DNA from: Octopus sinensis
Lineage: Eukaryota
Length of the DNA stretch: 64,000 nucleotides
NCBI RefSeq assembly: GCF_006345805.1
Contig: NC_042997.1
Coordinates: 42,098,001-42,162,000 of the forward strand
Direction of reading: 5' to 3'
This document shows positions 50,500-63,731 of this stretch, piece after piece. Both the position numbers and the translations under genes were made by a program. The stretch's first letter is position 1; each line of letters starts with the position of its first letter. Under the pieces are notes generated by a model. The model made no database searches. It was not told where the DNA came from and saw only the letters and a program-made list of their open reading frames with translations.

Positions 50500-50672
50500 G
50501 ACGATGCTGCCTGAATGGTGCGGTGTGCCGCAAGTCAGGTGTCGAAGTTATCGCAGAGGAACGTCAGATGAAGTTTTTCCTCAAGAACACAAGGTACCAC
50601 TTCTGGAATTGAAACCACGATCTCAAAATCGTGAGTGCAACACTCCTAACCACTAGGCCATGCGCTCTCACC
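50500..50672 (-). mobile_element. SINE family D-type head
   Basis: Minus strand GTGAGAGCGCATGGCCTAGTGGTTAGGAGTGTTGCACTCACG...GGTTTCAATTCC. Confidence 0.65.
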
Positions 50673-51009
50673 ACCTACATACACACGTACATATATGCAG
50701 ACATACAAATATACATGTCTTTGTAATCGGTCACGTTGGTAAAGGGGGACTATTCATCCCCTAAAGCGTTTGCCATTGTGAACAGCTGAGTACAAAACTG
50801 GTTGTTTTCAAGTAAATGCATAGAAGCACCTGTTTTGCGGAAGATCGCAGCAGGAATCGATCGGAGAAAATCGACCAGCATCGAACCCGTGGATTTACTA
50901 CTTACAAACACCATGGCTTGACACTAGACAGGAAGGAGTATGCCGTTGTAAGTGGCGGAACAATAGAGAAAACTCATGGGGACCTTCGAATTGAACCACG
51001 GTCTCTATC

Positions 51010-52257
51010 ATATATACATACATACATAAATACATACATACATACATACATACACACATACAAACATACATACATACATACATACATACATACACACATG
51101 CATACATTCATGCAAACATACAAACATGCATACATACATGCAAACATACATACAGAATACATACATAATCATCATACATACACATACATACTACATACAC
51201 ACATACAACATGCATACATACATGCAACATGCATACATACATACATACATACATACATGCATACATACATACACACATACAAACATGCATACATACATGC
51301 AAACATACATACATACATACATACATACATACATACATACACACATACATACATACACACATACAAACATACATACATACATACATGCAAACATACATAC
51401 ATACATACATACACACATGCATACATTCATGCAAACATACAAACATGCATACATACATGCAAACATACATACATACATACATACATACATACATACATAC
51501 ATACATACATACATACATACATACACACATACAAACATGCATACATACATGCAAACATGCATACATACATACATACATACATACATGCATACATACATAC
51601 ACACATACAAACATGCATACATACATGCAAACATCATACATACATACATACATACATACTACACACATACATACATACACCATACAAACATACATACATA
51701 CATATGCAAACATACATACATACATACACACATGCATACATACAACCTACATACATACATACATAATACATACATACATACATACATACATACACACTAC
51801 ATACATACATACATACATACTACATACATAATACATACATACATACCTACATACCTACATACATACATACAAACATACATACATACATACATACATACAT
51901 ACATACATACTACATACAACATATACATACATGCATACATAATACATACATACATACATACAACATACATACATACACACATATATACATACATACATAC
52001 ATGCATGCATCATACATACACATACAAACATACATACATGCAAATACATACATACATACATACATACACACACATACACACATACAAACATGTATACATA
52101 CATGCATACATACATACATACATACATACATACATACATACATACATACATACATACATACATACATACACACACACACATACATACATACATACATACA
52201 TATACACATACATACATACATATACACATACATACATACATACATACATACATACAT
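51010..52257. repeat. About 1.25-kb (TACA)n microsatellite with CATG/CAAA variant subunits
   Basis: Direct inspection. It explains the 316-aa and 432-aa HT/IH-rich ORFs. Confidence 0.95.
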
Positions 52258-52811
52258 TGAACTTAAAAGATGATAAAGAAACCGAGATGCATTACTTCAA
52301 AAAACTTGCTACCAAGCGGGTGGCTGGTCAAAATTTCTTCTCAATAAAAGAGAAAACCTATGTCCGTACACACGTGCATCCATACCGCGTAGTTACAAAC
52401 ACAAAGCCATCCATACCTACTTGAATGCATACTTACGTATGTACGGTGTTTCTGTATGTGTATCCATATTTGTGAGTATGTGCTTGTGTGTGTGTGTGCC
52501 TGTATGTGTGTGTCGACTCGTTCATAGTAAACAGTCCAAGAATAGGTTACTGGTTAGAAACATCTTATATATCTGATTCTGAAGGAACAAAGTAAACGAT
52601 TTCCTACCTGTGTATGTAGTTATTTGTTCTTTTGAAAGCTTGTACAAGAATTCCTTTGTTTTTAGCATTGGTGTTGCCACGTGATAGCAATGAAGAACAT
52701 ATAGCAACGAATCATAGTTGATCAGTTACATCTGGTTACGTTCAGAGTAAGCTTGATATAAATGTTTGTGAATGGGATATGCTTACGTCATCTGCTATAT
52801 ATACAGTATAT

Positions 52812-52858
<47 letters not shown>

Positions 52859-53076
52859 GTGTGTGTGAGTATGTGTATACACCTGTCCTTTACCACTATG
52901 GTTTATGTGTGCGTGTCTGTGTGGGTGTGTATGCGAGTGGACTTTAACCGAAGATACGTTTAAGTATGTCAGGGTTCTCGAAACGATAGATATACCCAGC
53001 TCTTTATCAGCAAGATTGTTCTTTATTCAGTTCATCTGATTATACACAATATTCTCTCTGGATCCTGTCTCTCACT

Positions 53077-53116
<40 letters not shown>

Positions 53117-53124
53117 CTCTCTCA

Positions 53125-53181
<57 letters not shown>

Positions 53182-53475
53182 TCTGTCGACAGCTCCTCAT
53201 TGTCGACGGTATTTCCATGCTTTAGTCACCACCTAAAGGCCAATTACTAGTGAACTTGATTCCTGTCGAGAAAGAAACGCAAGTTTTATCCCCCAGAGTG
53301 GTTAACGTTCAAAGGTTTCCTTAGCCATAATAGCTCAACTGTGTTGTTTTGTTGGGAGGTTTTTGACTACAAAGAAATGCTGGTGCCACTCTCTTCTACT
53401 ATGAGTCTCCATGATGCTTTGATAGCATAATGGATCACATAATACATACATACGTGCATACATACACACACACAC

Positions 53476-53507
<32 letters not shown>

Positions 53508-53529
53508 ATATATATATATTATATATATA

Positions 53530-53560
<31 letters not shown>

Positions 53561-53566
<6 letters not shown>

Positions 53567-54363
53567 ATAGTAAAGAGTGAAAAAACTACAGAAGGCTTAA
53601 ATGTTAAAAAATAATATATATTTTTGCGTCAATATGTCTGAAGAATATTAGAAATTTTTTTTTTAATTTTTTCTCTTATTATGACATAATTTTAAAGAAA
53701 GACCGGTTTCGCGTGTAGCTTTTCAAATTTCTTGCGACGTTATGTTTATCTTGAATAGAGTTATCGTTATGTCAGGAGAGTTCTAAAAAAAGGGGAGGTC
53801 GGGACTATCACTCAGACGTAGATGCACACTGCATTGACAACAGATTGCATTCCCAGAATATAGAATGATACCTTTTAGTGAGCACATTGAGAAATGCGCA
53901 AAGCAACTACTACCACAATTTTTAATCTTTCCATTTTACCAATGTGCTTTCGGATCATCAACACAAATTAGACTAAACAAGGAAACATTCTTCATTGAAA
54001 AGTACAAGCCCAGACTCAACCATCCGAACATACTGATACAGAGAAATTCACACTAAGGGAAAGGAAAAAAATTTTAAGCAATTATCTCCCTTACACCGGA
54101 AGAAATCACTCACTACGTCCCCTTATTTTAGAACTCTCCTGAACATAAACATAACGATAACTCTATTCAAGATAAACATAACGTCGCAAGAAATTTGAAA
54201 GGCTACACGCGAAACCGGTTTTTCTTTAAAATTATGTCATTATAAGAGAAAAAAATTTTTTTTTAAATGTTCTAATATTCTTCAGACATATTGACGCAAA
54301 AATATATATATATTTTTTAACATTTAAGCCTTCTGTAGTTTTTTCACTCTTTACTATTTTCTA
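53561..54363 (+). mobile_element. PLE 3' remnant: GIY-YIG C-terminus flanked by inverted terminal repeats of about 240 bp
   Basis: Arms 53561-53796 and 54118-54363 are complementary. The spacer encodes LH*QQIAFPEYRMIPFSEHIEKCAK...FPFYQ...IRLNKETFFIEKYKPRLN. Confidence 0.85.
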
Positions 54364-54646
54364 TATATTCACCCACGTGCTTTCACAAACCAACTTTCTT
54401 ATCTATATATTATATATATATATAATATATATATATATATATACTTATCTCTCTCTCTCTCTCTCTTTCATATATATAATATATATATATATTTTAAAAA
54501 AAATTTTATTTTAATTTTCCATACACCCATTTTCATTAAAACTTACCTTCAATTTAGCATTCTGCCTTTTTATAATTTTTTCTTGCCTATCATTTCTCCA
54601 TGTGCGGTCAACACAACCCCACCATTTATTGATTTATATATATATT

Positions 54647-54888
54647 GTTTACCAATCACATGGTTCCGGGTTCAGTCTCACTGTGTGGCACTTTGGGCAA
54701 GTGTCTTCTACTATAGCCTCGGGCCGACCAAAGCCTTGTGAGTGGATTTGGTAGACGGAAACTGAAAGTTGTGCAGAGAAATCTAGCACTTGCCCACTAC
54801 TTCAGCGATCTCTCGGGAAGATGCAGTATACCTGGTGGGAGGATCTTACTCGTGATGTTCCGATTGTTGCTGATGCAAATGACAGAAA
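54647..54888 (+). mobile_element. SINE C 5' part fused to a 122-bp copy of the nearby RTE fragment
   Basis: 54767-54888 matches 55737-55858 with 3 substitutions. Confidence 0.85.
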
Positions 54889-54901
54889 AGTGTGTGTGTG
54901 T

Positions 54902-54962
<61 letters not shown>

Positions 54963-55560
54963 TGTGTGTGTGCGCGCGTGTGTGTGTATAAGTTAAATTT
55001 AAATGTAAAAAATTAAGGTTTAGAAAGGAGGCATTAAATGCAATATCCAAACTTCGTTTTGGGTAAGTCCTAGGTACCTGCAGAGCACGTTCACCATTTA
55101 TGGCCACCAGGCGTCATCAGCGTTGCTGCCCATTCGTCGCTGGATCTACGTCCGATTTATTTATTATCTTTCTTTTCTTTCCTTTATTTTTTATTTTTTT
55201 CCTTTTAATTTTTTATCAACTGCTTCCTGACCACAACTTCCTCACTTCATCAAATTGTGTCTGAACTGTTAGCAACTCACCACCAGCGTATAACTTGGAG
55301 CGAAAATGTAATGTGAATATCACTTTTGAAGCGTGTTACGTCATCTGATGAGGCTCACTGCACTGTGCGTTGCATCCGATGTCATTACATCGTCCCACAT
55401 CAACTAGGGAGCAATGCAGAACGAATCCGAAACGATTGTTGTGTTAATAAAGCTTCTAGTTACACTCCGTCTTCCGTATCAATCATCTAAAATATATGTA
55501 TGTATGTGTGCATGCATGTATGTATGTATGTATGTATGTATGTATGTATGTATGTATGTA

Positions 55561-55591
<31 letters not shown>

Positions 55592-55615
55592 ATGTATGTA
55601 TGTGTGTGTGTGTGT

Positions 55616-55648
<33 letters not shown>

Positions 55649-55689
55649 ATGTATGTATGTATGTATGTATGTATGTATGTATGTATGTA

Positions 55690-56260
55690 TGGAGAGTCAA
55701 ACATTCCCACAGTGCATTGCTGCACGGAGGACTTTCAGTTGTGCAGAGAAATCTAGCACTTGCCCACTACTTCAGCGATCTCTCGGGAAGACGCAGTATA
55801 CCTGGTGGGAGGATCTTGCTCGTGATGTTCCGGTTGTTGCTGATGCAAATGACAGAAAGAAGCTTTATCATTTTATGAAGGAAGTTTATGGGCATAAGAG
55901 CACTGCATTAGCTCCTTTGCTTCCAAGAATTCTTCTATTCTGTTTACTAAGTCAATAGAGAGCACGGGTCATTGGCTTGAACACTTTTCTGAACTCCTAA
56001 ACCGTGAGTCAGTTGTAGACGAAGCAGTGATTGACACTATGCAACAAAGACCTGTCATTAGCTCCTTAAATACCACGCTCTCAATGGATGAGGGAATGAC
56101 AGCAATAAGTAAACTGAATTTTGATAAGGTATTTTGATGGTATTTGTGCTGAAGTCCTGCGATTTGGTGGTGATCACATCACACACTCCCTTCATGAACT
56201 TATTAGTGTAATCTGGAGGGATGGTGCAATGCCTAAGGACTGGAAGGATGCAAATATCCA
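55690..56260 (+). mobile_element. RTE-clade LINE internal fragment (EN-RT linker to RT start)
   Basis: WWEDLARDV...ADANDRKKLYHFMKEVYG...HWLEHFSELLNRESVVDEAVIDTMQQRPV...MPKDWKDANI. Confidence 0.8.
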
Positions 56261-56818
56261 TGGGTTTTACTGAGTTAACTCCACCATTTGCTTTCATAAC
56301 ACAGAAATTTCCACAAGTTGGTGTTGTTAAATTGTATGCAAGCATTTTTCATGATCCCTATCGTGGGGCATCTGGAATTGATAAAGACTAGTCAAGGCCT
56401 AAACAGTACAAGATTTAGGAGAGTGCCCATGATGAGCCCCATGTAAAGGGAACCCATCGGCAATTTATCTGTTTAGGTTCGGTCATAAATAGTTTTACGT
56501 CACTGATATTTTTATATTGTCATATCTAAATAAATGTTACTTTATTTTATCTCTGACCCAGTTTATTTAATTTGATAGATATTTAGCAAATCCTATAGGA
56601 ATAGCACTCTATGACATATGATAATTCGACAAGAGTCGTAATCCTGATACACCTCTCCGTTTCACACTACCATAGGGTTCTTATGTGTTTTTGGCAAAGT
56701 TCACTATGTTGCAAGTATTCGGATAAGATCCAGGTTTCCTTCGGTCACATTTACTGCAGATATTGATTTGGCTAGGGATCAACAACATAATCAACCCCAC
56801 CAATCAAGAATGACTTAC

Positions 56819-56857
56819 CTTTCCATCTCCTCCTTAACTAAAAAGGATTCAACTACG
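56819..56857 (-). CDS. Candidate symmetric 39-nt exon (VVESFLVKEEME)
   Basis: AG|GTAAGT donor and a weaker TAAAG acceptor. Phase 2 to phase 2. Confidence 0.3.
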
Positions 56858-57252
56858 CTTTAATGGAGATTGCATTTTTTAAGGAAATACAAATAAAAAT
56901 TTGTAAGGAGGGGGGGGAATAAGAAGCTTCACGAGAGTATCTATAAAAATGAAGCAAAATGGCTCCAACCGGGGATCAAAGCTTGTTTACGGATTTAGCT
57001 CAGCAGGAGCAGAATTCTATTTAACACCACTAGATTAAGTCCTATGCACATGCACCATCTATACACTTTGTTTACACATTAAATCTGTGACAGTAAAAAT
57101 GGCGTTGATGATAGAGTTACATCAGATAGGTTAGAATGTCTGTTTTTGATTTCACGTGACTGAAATTATGCACCCTTCTTTACTCCAGCGATACTAATTA
57201 AACGTTTCTCAAAACATAATGACATTTAATCTCTCCACTATCTTCAACTTAC

Positions 57253-57305
57253 TGCAGAAAATGTTTGTCTGATAGAAAACTTGCATGCGGTGAATAACTG
57301 TGCTT
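57253..57305 (-). CDS. Candidate 53-nt exon (KHSYSPHASFLSDKHFL); a longer alternative reading exists
   Basis: GTAAGT donor, with an AACAG acceptor after a pyrimidine tract. Phase 0 to phase 2. Confidence 0.25.
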
Positions 57306-57854
57306 CTGTTCAGAATCTCATATGAAAGAAACAGACAATTGTCAGCCGTCTGTTGTACATATTCATGATACTCATTTACTGCTTGAAGCGATGAATCAAA
57401 GAAAGTTGAGAATTTTTGGCTACAGACATTACACACTGGCTGATAGTGTGACACTGTATTGATCCGGCTAGCTGTGACTCCCGTAATAACAAATACTCAT
57501 AATTTTATAATGTTTAAACAAAATGTAATGTCGCAAAAGATTATGATTAAACATGAGATGGCGAGCAAAATGAAACATAATCTATCAATGACAAGAATGC
57601 GTTTGTTGAAATTCTTTGTATGAATTCTATTGCTGCGTAATACTTACAGATCTTTTAATTGCATTCTAAAGGATGTTGTAAGGATAATGTTAAAATGCCA
57701 CTGTATCTATTTCAACATTCAGCATTCAAAAAATATAGACGAACACTGAAAAGAGACATTTTTAAAAAACAAATCGTATACCATGTTACCAACAGAATCG
57801 TTAGGCATGTATCTCTCTACACAGATAAAGCGATACGCTTACATACACACACAC

Positions 57855-57949
<95 letters not shown>

Positions 57950-58334
57950 TCAAGTAGAACTGCAGTAATTCTGGAGCCAAAAGTTGTTTCAAGCAGCAGT
58001 TATCCTATTTAGCTGCTCTAAAATACTTGCCTACGTGAAATTAAACACAATAAAGAGAAAAATATGAGGAATTTTTGCGTACGTTTGATATTGAGCAGAA
58101 AATGGGATCTACTGTACAATCCAGAAATTTCAAAGGTGTCTGAATACAGAACATCGAACAAAACAGTTCTACTTGACTTGTGTTCTGACATTTCAAAGAA
58201 TCTACGCCCTTGATTTACATATTTTTCATTTGTTTTCGTTTCTCTCTCTCTTTTTTTTTTTTTTTTGTCGAAGAAAAATACAAACACTGCATATCACATA
58301 ACATAATGTCTTTTATTTTAGTAGCATCCATAAT

Positions 58335-58518
58335 ATTTCTAAAACTGACACAAGGTGCAGGAGTGGCTGTGTGGTAAGTAGCTTGTCTACCAACCACACG
58401 GTTCCGGGTTCAGTCCCACTGCGTGGCATCTTGGGCAAGTGTCTTCTGCTATAGCCCCGGGCCGACCAATGCCTTGTGAGTGGATTTAGTAGACGGAAAC
58501 TGAAAGAAGCCTGTCGTA

Positions 58519-58550
<32 letters not shown>

Positions 58551-58796
58551 GGTGTGTGTATGTGTGTGTGTTTGTGTGTGTGTTTGTGTGTGTGTGTTTG
58601 TCTCCCTAGCATTGCTTGACAACTGATGCTGGTGTGTTTACGTCCCCGTCACTTAGCGGTTCGGCAAAAAGAGACCGATAGAATAAGTACTGGGCTTACA
58701 AAGAATAAGTCGCCGGGTTGGTTTGCTCGACTAAAGGCGGTGCTCCAGCATGGCCGCAGTCAACTGACTGAAACAAGTAAAAGAGAGAAAAGAGTA
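58335..58796 (+). mobile_element. SINE family C, full length
   Basis: Collinear match. Confidence 0.9.
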
Positions 58797-59227
58797 AGGC
58801 TAGCGATTTTGAGGGGAAGGGGTGAGCTCGACCCAACATTTTGTTGGGTCAAGGACTAAACCTGCTGGACAAAAGTGGCGCTTGATGGATAACAGCGAAA
58901 TTAAGGAGATACTGAGGAATATTATCGATTGTGAAACTAGCTTTATTTCTATATCTCTGATTTATTTTTAGCCGATAATTTAGAACGTACCTCGTGTGTG
59001 CTGTGTGTGTGTGCTGTGTGTGTGTGTGTGACCAAGTGGTTCTTATTCTCAGAGCAGTGGTACGTGGTGCTCTTGGGCAAAACACTCCTTTTCACGTTGC
59101 TCCAGCTGTAAATAAGCAACCCTGAGGCACACTGGCGTTTCGTTCAGAGGTAATGTTGGTCTGCCCGCCTAGCCAGCGGGGTGGCACCGTTCGAAAACTG
59201 CAGCTATGTGGGGGTAGCGTATTGTGG

Positions 59228-59268
<41 letters not shown>

Positions 59269-59502
59269 CACACACACACATACATACATATTGTACACAA
59301 ACTTATAAGTGTCGCACGTGTCGGTATTCTACATAAATAAAGGAATTCGCGAACGCCGGAAAGTTTTGAAGACAACTTAGAAAATCGAGTTAATATTTTT
59401 TAGAAAACGGAAAAAAGTGGGCAGCAAGTTTCCACAGGGAATTAAACCCTACATTTTTCATATATATATATATATATAACATAAGGGGCATCAGCCATCT
59501 GA

Positions 59503-59691
59503 ATGTGGCTAGGGACAGGGCAGGGCGGTGGGGGTGTTACTGATGCATTTAGCCCCAGGCGATCATCAACGTCACCAGGAGGGCTGACACCATCTCGGTG
59601 TCCTCTAGCCTGCAAAGGGAGATCATTCCCCGAAGAAGCGGATGCTACATACGGACCAGGTTTCAAGGTATTTGCCTATTATCAACGCATG
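59503..59691 (+). CDS. Candidate exon in GC-rich unique sequence, unassigned
   Basis: 63 open codons from ATG to ATG|GTAAGC, ending ...[22 protein letters not shown]. No recognised homology. Confidence 0.2.
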
Positions 59692-59729
59692 GTAAGCATC
59701 GCTCTCCGACGAATAACTCTCTGTACAGG

Positions 59730-59775
<46 letters not shown>

Positions 59776-59776
59776 T

Positions 59777-59817
<41 letters not shown>

Positions 59818-59901
59818 CTATCATATATATATATAATATATATAATATATACTATCATATATATATATATATATATATAATATATTATATATGTATGTAT
59901 G

Positions 59902-59933
<32 letters not shown>

Positions 59934-60051
59934 ATATTGTATGTATGTATATATCGCAACTACAGCTCATTCTATTACTATCACCCCGTTACCATCACAA
60001 CCGTCAATCTACTACCGCCCTTACTGTCTCTATGCCTACTATTACTCTCAC

Positions 60052-60079
60052 CCCAGCAGGGGGAATAGTAGAAGTGTCA
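60052..60079 (-). CDS. Candidate 28-nt micro-exon (DTSTIPPAG)
   Basis: Strong acceptor CCCCTTCTCTCACTATTCAG and G|GTGAGA donor. Phase 2 to phase 0. Confidence 0.25.
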
Positions 60080-60284
60080 CTGAATAGTGAGAGAAGGGGT
60101 CAAAGTGTGACACACTGATACACAGAAATTCGGTTTGGCATTTATTATATATATATATATATATGTGTGTATGTACGCATCTATGTGTTTTAAGCATATG
60201 AATACAATTTTCTAACAACTGTTATTTGTTTTTATTCAGCATTTGTCATAAAGAGAATTTTCTACGGTTGCATATTTACATATA

Positions 60285-60676
60285 GGAGGAAGCACTCCGT
60301 CGGTTACGACGACGAGGGTTCCGGTTGATCCGAATCAACGGAACAGCCTGCTCGTGAAATTAACGTGTAAGTGGCTGAGCACTCCACAGACACGTGCACC
60401 CTTAACGTAGTTCTCGGGGATATTCAGCGTGACACAGAGAGTGACAAGGCTGGCCCTTTGAAATACAGGTACAACAGAAACAGGAAGTAAGAGTGGAGTG
60501 AGAGAAAGTTGAGGCGAAAGAGTACAACAGTGGTCGCCACCACCCCCTGCCGGAGTCTCGTGGAGCTTTAGGTGTTTTCGCTCAATAAACACACACAACG
60601 CCCGGTCTGGGAATCGAAACCGCGATCCTCCGACCGCGAGTCCGCTGCCCTAACCACTGGGCCATTGCGCCTCCAC
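60285..60676 (-). mobile_element. SINE family A, 13-14-bp TSD
   Basis: TSD (C)ATATTTACATATA on both sides. Confidence 0.92.
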
Positions 60677-61281
60677 ATATTTACATATATGTAAATGATA
60701 AAAAATTATTTGCAAGGAAATTGAAAAAAAAAAAAATAAAAAATGAAAATAAACAATAAAAGGATTCTTTACAACTCTGTAGAACAAACGTTGTCGAAAG
60801 ATTTTTTTTTAATCGTTAGTTATTTGGAATTTTGTTTTGTTCCCACGGTCAAAATTTAAAGAATCACTCGAGAATTAGAAATAATTTGAATGTGACCCAA
60901 GAAGGCAAGAAGGAACTAGTATCATTTAAAAGATGTTTCTTATATTTGAGAGAGAGAGAGAGAGAGACTGAGTGCATCTGATGCATTCTTTTGGGTCGAC
61001 TCCTGAACATCTGCTGTAAACTTGATACTTGTAAAAATCATAAATTTCATGCAATGTCATGTCTTCTTTTATTACATATTTTAGCAGGAAGCAAAGTTGC
61101 AAACACAGTGAAGGGGGGGGGGGAACTTAACACTCAAAGATAATATTTTGATAACGACTACATACTGCTGTACACTGAGAAAATTTGCAAAAAGTTCGTA
61201 TGAGTTGTGAAGTCATCTGTGCGGTGAGAAATATTTGAACCTTAGGAGAACATGATGAGGAGATAGAAGGCACTCACTCAC

Positions 61282-61355
<74 letters not shown>

Positions 61356-61419
61356 TCCTTATGTCCCTTCATTCATTGATTTATTTATCTTTTTTTTTGT
61401 TATCTACCTATATAATTCT

Positions 61420-61462
<43 letters not shown>

Positions 61463-62090
61463 ATATATATATATATATGAGTGGCTGAATTTATTTTCCT
61501 TCGAGCACATACCTAAATTGGTATCTAGTTTACCAGGTGCACCTGCTTAGTATTTAAAGGGAATTCTACCCACCTCCCAAGTAGTTTAAAATTCGGTGAG
61601 GCATACAAATGTCAGGAAATATAAAGGAGGTTGATTCGAGTTAATTATTTACTAGTGGGTGCCGTAGAATAAGGGGTAATAACCTTCAAAGCTGATAGGG
61701 TTTGTCAATGCGATTTCAATTTGGGGTGCAACTACTTCACCTTATTTACGTTATCAATATCCTGGGTAAAATGCCATGAACATCACATATTTTTCTTTAA
61801 AAAAAATAATTAAAATCCTTTTAACTAGGGTTAAAACCAGTCACATTTCTATAAGGACATTATCACACATTGTCATCTTGAAGTATGCCAAGTAAATACT
61901 CGGGAGACTGGTAGTATTTACAGCATACAACGCCTGTACAACATACAACGCCTACTTGCATCATTAGATGCAGATTGCTTATGATAAACTCTGTTGTTCT
62001 GATGGTACAGTATATAGGAGCTGAAACATTAGTCCACTGACAAGTAACTGGGTTATATCATTCTGTTGACAACAGGCTCGAGGGTAAGTG

Positions 62091-62471
62091 GATGGAAGCA
62101 CTCCGTCGGTTACGACGATGAGGGTTCCGGTTGATCCGAATCAACGGAACAGCCTGCTCGTGAAATTAACGTGTAAGTGGCTGAGCATTCCCAGACACGT
62201 GTACCCTTAACGTAGTTCTCGGGGATATTCAGCGTGACACAGAGAGTGACAAGGCCAGCCCTTGAAATACAGGTACAACAGAAACAGGAAGTAAGAGTGA
62301 GAGAAGTTGTGGAAAGAGTACAAGCAGGGATCACACCATCCCCTGCCGGAGCCTCGTGAGCTTTAGGTGTTTTCGCTCAATAAACACTCACAACGGCCGG
62401 TCTGGGAATCGAAACCGCGATCCTATGACCGCGAGTCCGCTGCCCTAACCACTGGGCCATTGCGCCTCCAC
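62091..62471 (-). mobile_element. SINE family A, 14-bp TSD
   Basis: TSD CTCGAGGGTAAGTG at 62077-62090 and 62471-62484. Confidence 0.92.
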
Positions 62472-63314
62472 TCGAGGGTAAGTGCCTCAGTCGGCATTCT
62501 GCATACTAAAATCGCAATATTGTTTCTTACGGGAATAAGAGCAATAAAGTGGCAAAAGCAATAAAGTGCTAGGTTGGATACGCAACAATGATTTTAATTT
62601 CATTTTTTTCCGGTCAGAGTTCACATCCTTCCGCTGCAAATTTTGTCTTTCAATCAGATGCACTGTAAGCGCACAATGAAAATAAGGGGTCGCAAGAGAC
62701 TATTGAGGAGTCGAAAACATAACAAGAATTCGGATCAACAGGTTCTTACCTTTATTATGTATGCTCTTGCAATGAGGAATGATTTCTTTCAGTACCACTA
62801 AGCTTCAAAGTTAACAGTGCGATGTTTAGTTGACTGAATCTATAAATTAGTACAACAGATAGTATATAGTGCATCTGAGCGAAAGACAAAATTATATATA
62901 AAAAAGAAAAAAAGGACATGAATCTTTACCGGCTAAATCTGTCGGTTTTATGTCTAGATGTATATTAAAGAGAGTGATGGGTGCCGTAAACACGAGGTAA
63001 ACTGTTAATGAACCTAGTTTCCGCCTTAATCCTACGAACATCCAAGACATGACGTGGCATTCCATCCAAAGAAATGTTTTTGGAATTGACAGCCGTCACT
63101 ATTCCTCTGGTCCACTGAGTTGTACAGCATGCCTTTGGTGGCTTGACCTAAATTTCATATCCCATCTCGACAAAGTCGGGCCTTCTCTCTTCCTCAGGGC
63201 ATCTCGATAGTTTACTCGGATGCCGCCATTCATATTCGAATATCGCTCTATGTGGCACGAACTCTTCGGTCTGTCCTGATCGGGGTGATATGTTGTACCA
63301 GAACACCGCTTCCT

Positions 63315-63620
63315 CGTGGCCATTTCCCTGGCTACAATTTCGGGCGATATGCCCAGTCTGTTTGCACTGGTAGCAAACCGTTCTGGGCTCCATGCAGTCC
63401 CTCGCCGTGTGCGGTCCTTGGCACTTAAAACACCGGTCTGTGAACGGCCGCTGTCGTTCCACAGCAGGCCTCTTTTCGTCCTTCACCGGCCGTCGCGCAG
63501 CGTCGCGGGCTTCTGCAGCCGCCATCACCACTGCCTTCCGCCCAGTGTTTTGTGTTAACACGCTGACTTGAACGATGAGCTCGCTCATCGCCATTTTGTT
63601 GCCACCTGGCAACTGTTGTA
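63315..63620 (-). mobile_element. gag: LTR-retrotransposon (Ty3/gypsy-like) gag fragment with two zinc knuckles
   Basis: CFKCQGPHTARDC (CX2CX3HX4C) and CYQCKQTGHIARNC (CX2CX4HX4C) in the 172-aa ORF. No LTR or pol is visible. Confidence 0.75.
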
Positions 63621-63731
63621 ATCGCATATCGACTCCAGTATTTGACTGGTTCTTTATTTCACCCACTCCAAAAAGATAAAACCAAAGTCGACCTCGTCTG
63701 TAGTTATGATAAAAAAATAATGACGTTCAAT

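Noticed and set aside
50816-52424. 316-aa and 432-aa ORFs
   Set aside because: Same artefact over (TACA)n.
55345-55445. CTGATGAGG...CCGAAACGATTGT as a hammerhead
   Set aside because: Long unstructured stem II region and only a weak 3-bp stem I. It may be a retroelement terminus, but I cannot support a call.
57209-57454. 81-aa minus ORF (HYQPVCNVCSQKF...) as a zinc-finger exon
   Set aside because: Only one C-x2-C and no His pair. It shares a donor with the shorter reading reported above, and the two cannot be resolved without RNA data.
97-62471. tRNA-like heads of SINE families A-D as tRNA genes
   Set aside because: They have A/B boxes but no complete cloverleaf, continue into SINE bodies, and several have TSDs.
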